Shown here: positions 63,912 to 64,000 of the stretch, piece after piece
Numbering within the stretch: the first letter of the stretch is position 1
Layout of the letters: each line of letters begins with the position of its first letter
From: Sandaracinaceae bacterium
GTDB lineage: Bacteria; Myxococcota_A; Polyangia; Polyangiales; Sandaracinaceae
DNA length: 64,000 bases
Assembly: GCA_044220955.1 (NCBI GenBank)
Contig: JBGAQA010000012.1
Location: 46,848 to 110,847, forward strand
Reading direction: 5' to 3'
The notes under the pieces: generated by a model
Databases searched by the model: none
The model's input: the letters and a program-made list of their open reading frames with translations, nothing else
Told to the model about the DNA's origin: nothing
Position numbers and translations under genes: made by a program

Positions 63912-64000
63912 CGGGCTCCTTGCGATCAGGGACTAGGACTCCGTGATCGTACGGGCAATCCGACCCCGGGGGCAGCGCCCCGGTTTGGGGCGAAACACCC

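Overview
A gene-dense, very GC-rich bacterial chromosomal segment. Gene content points to Myxococcota (Polyangiales/Sandaracinaceae-like): five Hanks-type Ser/Thr kinases, FHA, PEGA, TPR and RCC1 proteins, a MYXO-CTERM-like tail and Cys-rich lipoproteins. About 53 CDS are supported. Housekeeping genes are partial alr, trmL, ttcA, pyrD, aroC, argJ and queG. Also present are transporters, a phosphate-related cluster (phoD, an atypical metallophosphoesterase, pit, DUF47, phoU) and a vapBC-type toxin-antitoxin pair. No rRNA, tRNA, CRISPR array or transposase was seen. Most notable observations: (1) two paralogous receptor-like kinases in which adenylate-cyclase-like multi-TM anchors and a signalling helix are fused N-terminally to closely related Hanks kinase domains; (2) a ~70-bp palindromic repeat family (GGGGTCACTCCA...AGGTGCGC) whose intact ends are each flanked by a short tandem duplication; (3) a cNMP-binding domain fused to a uridine-kinase-like protein next to pyrD; (4) pervasive leaderless-type promoters (TANNNT 6-9 nt before the start codon); (5) c-type cytochromes with CX4CH/CX6CH motifs; (6) a triple 10-Cys repeat lipoprotein; (7) an in-frame TGA right after a signal peptide. 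All product calls come from motif recognition by eye, without database searches.
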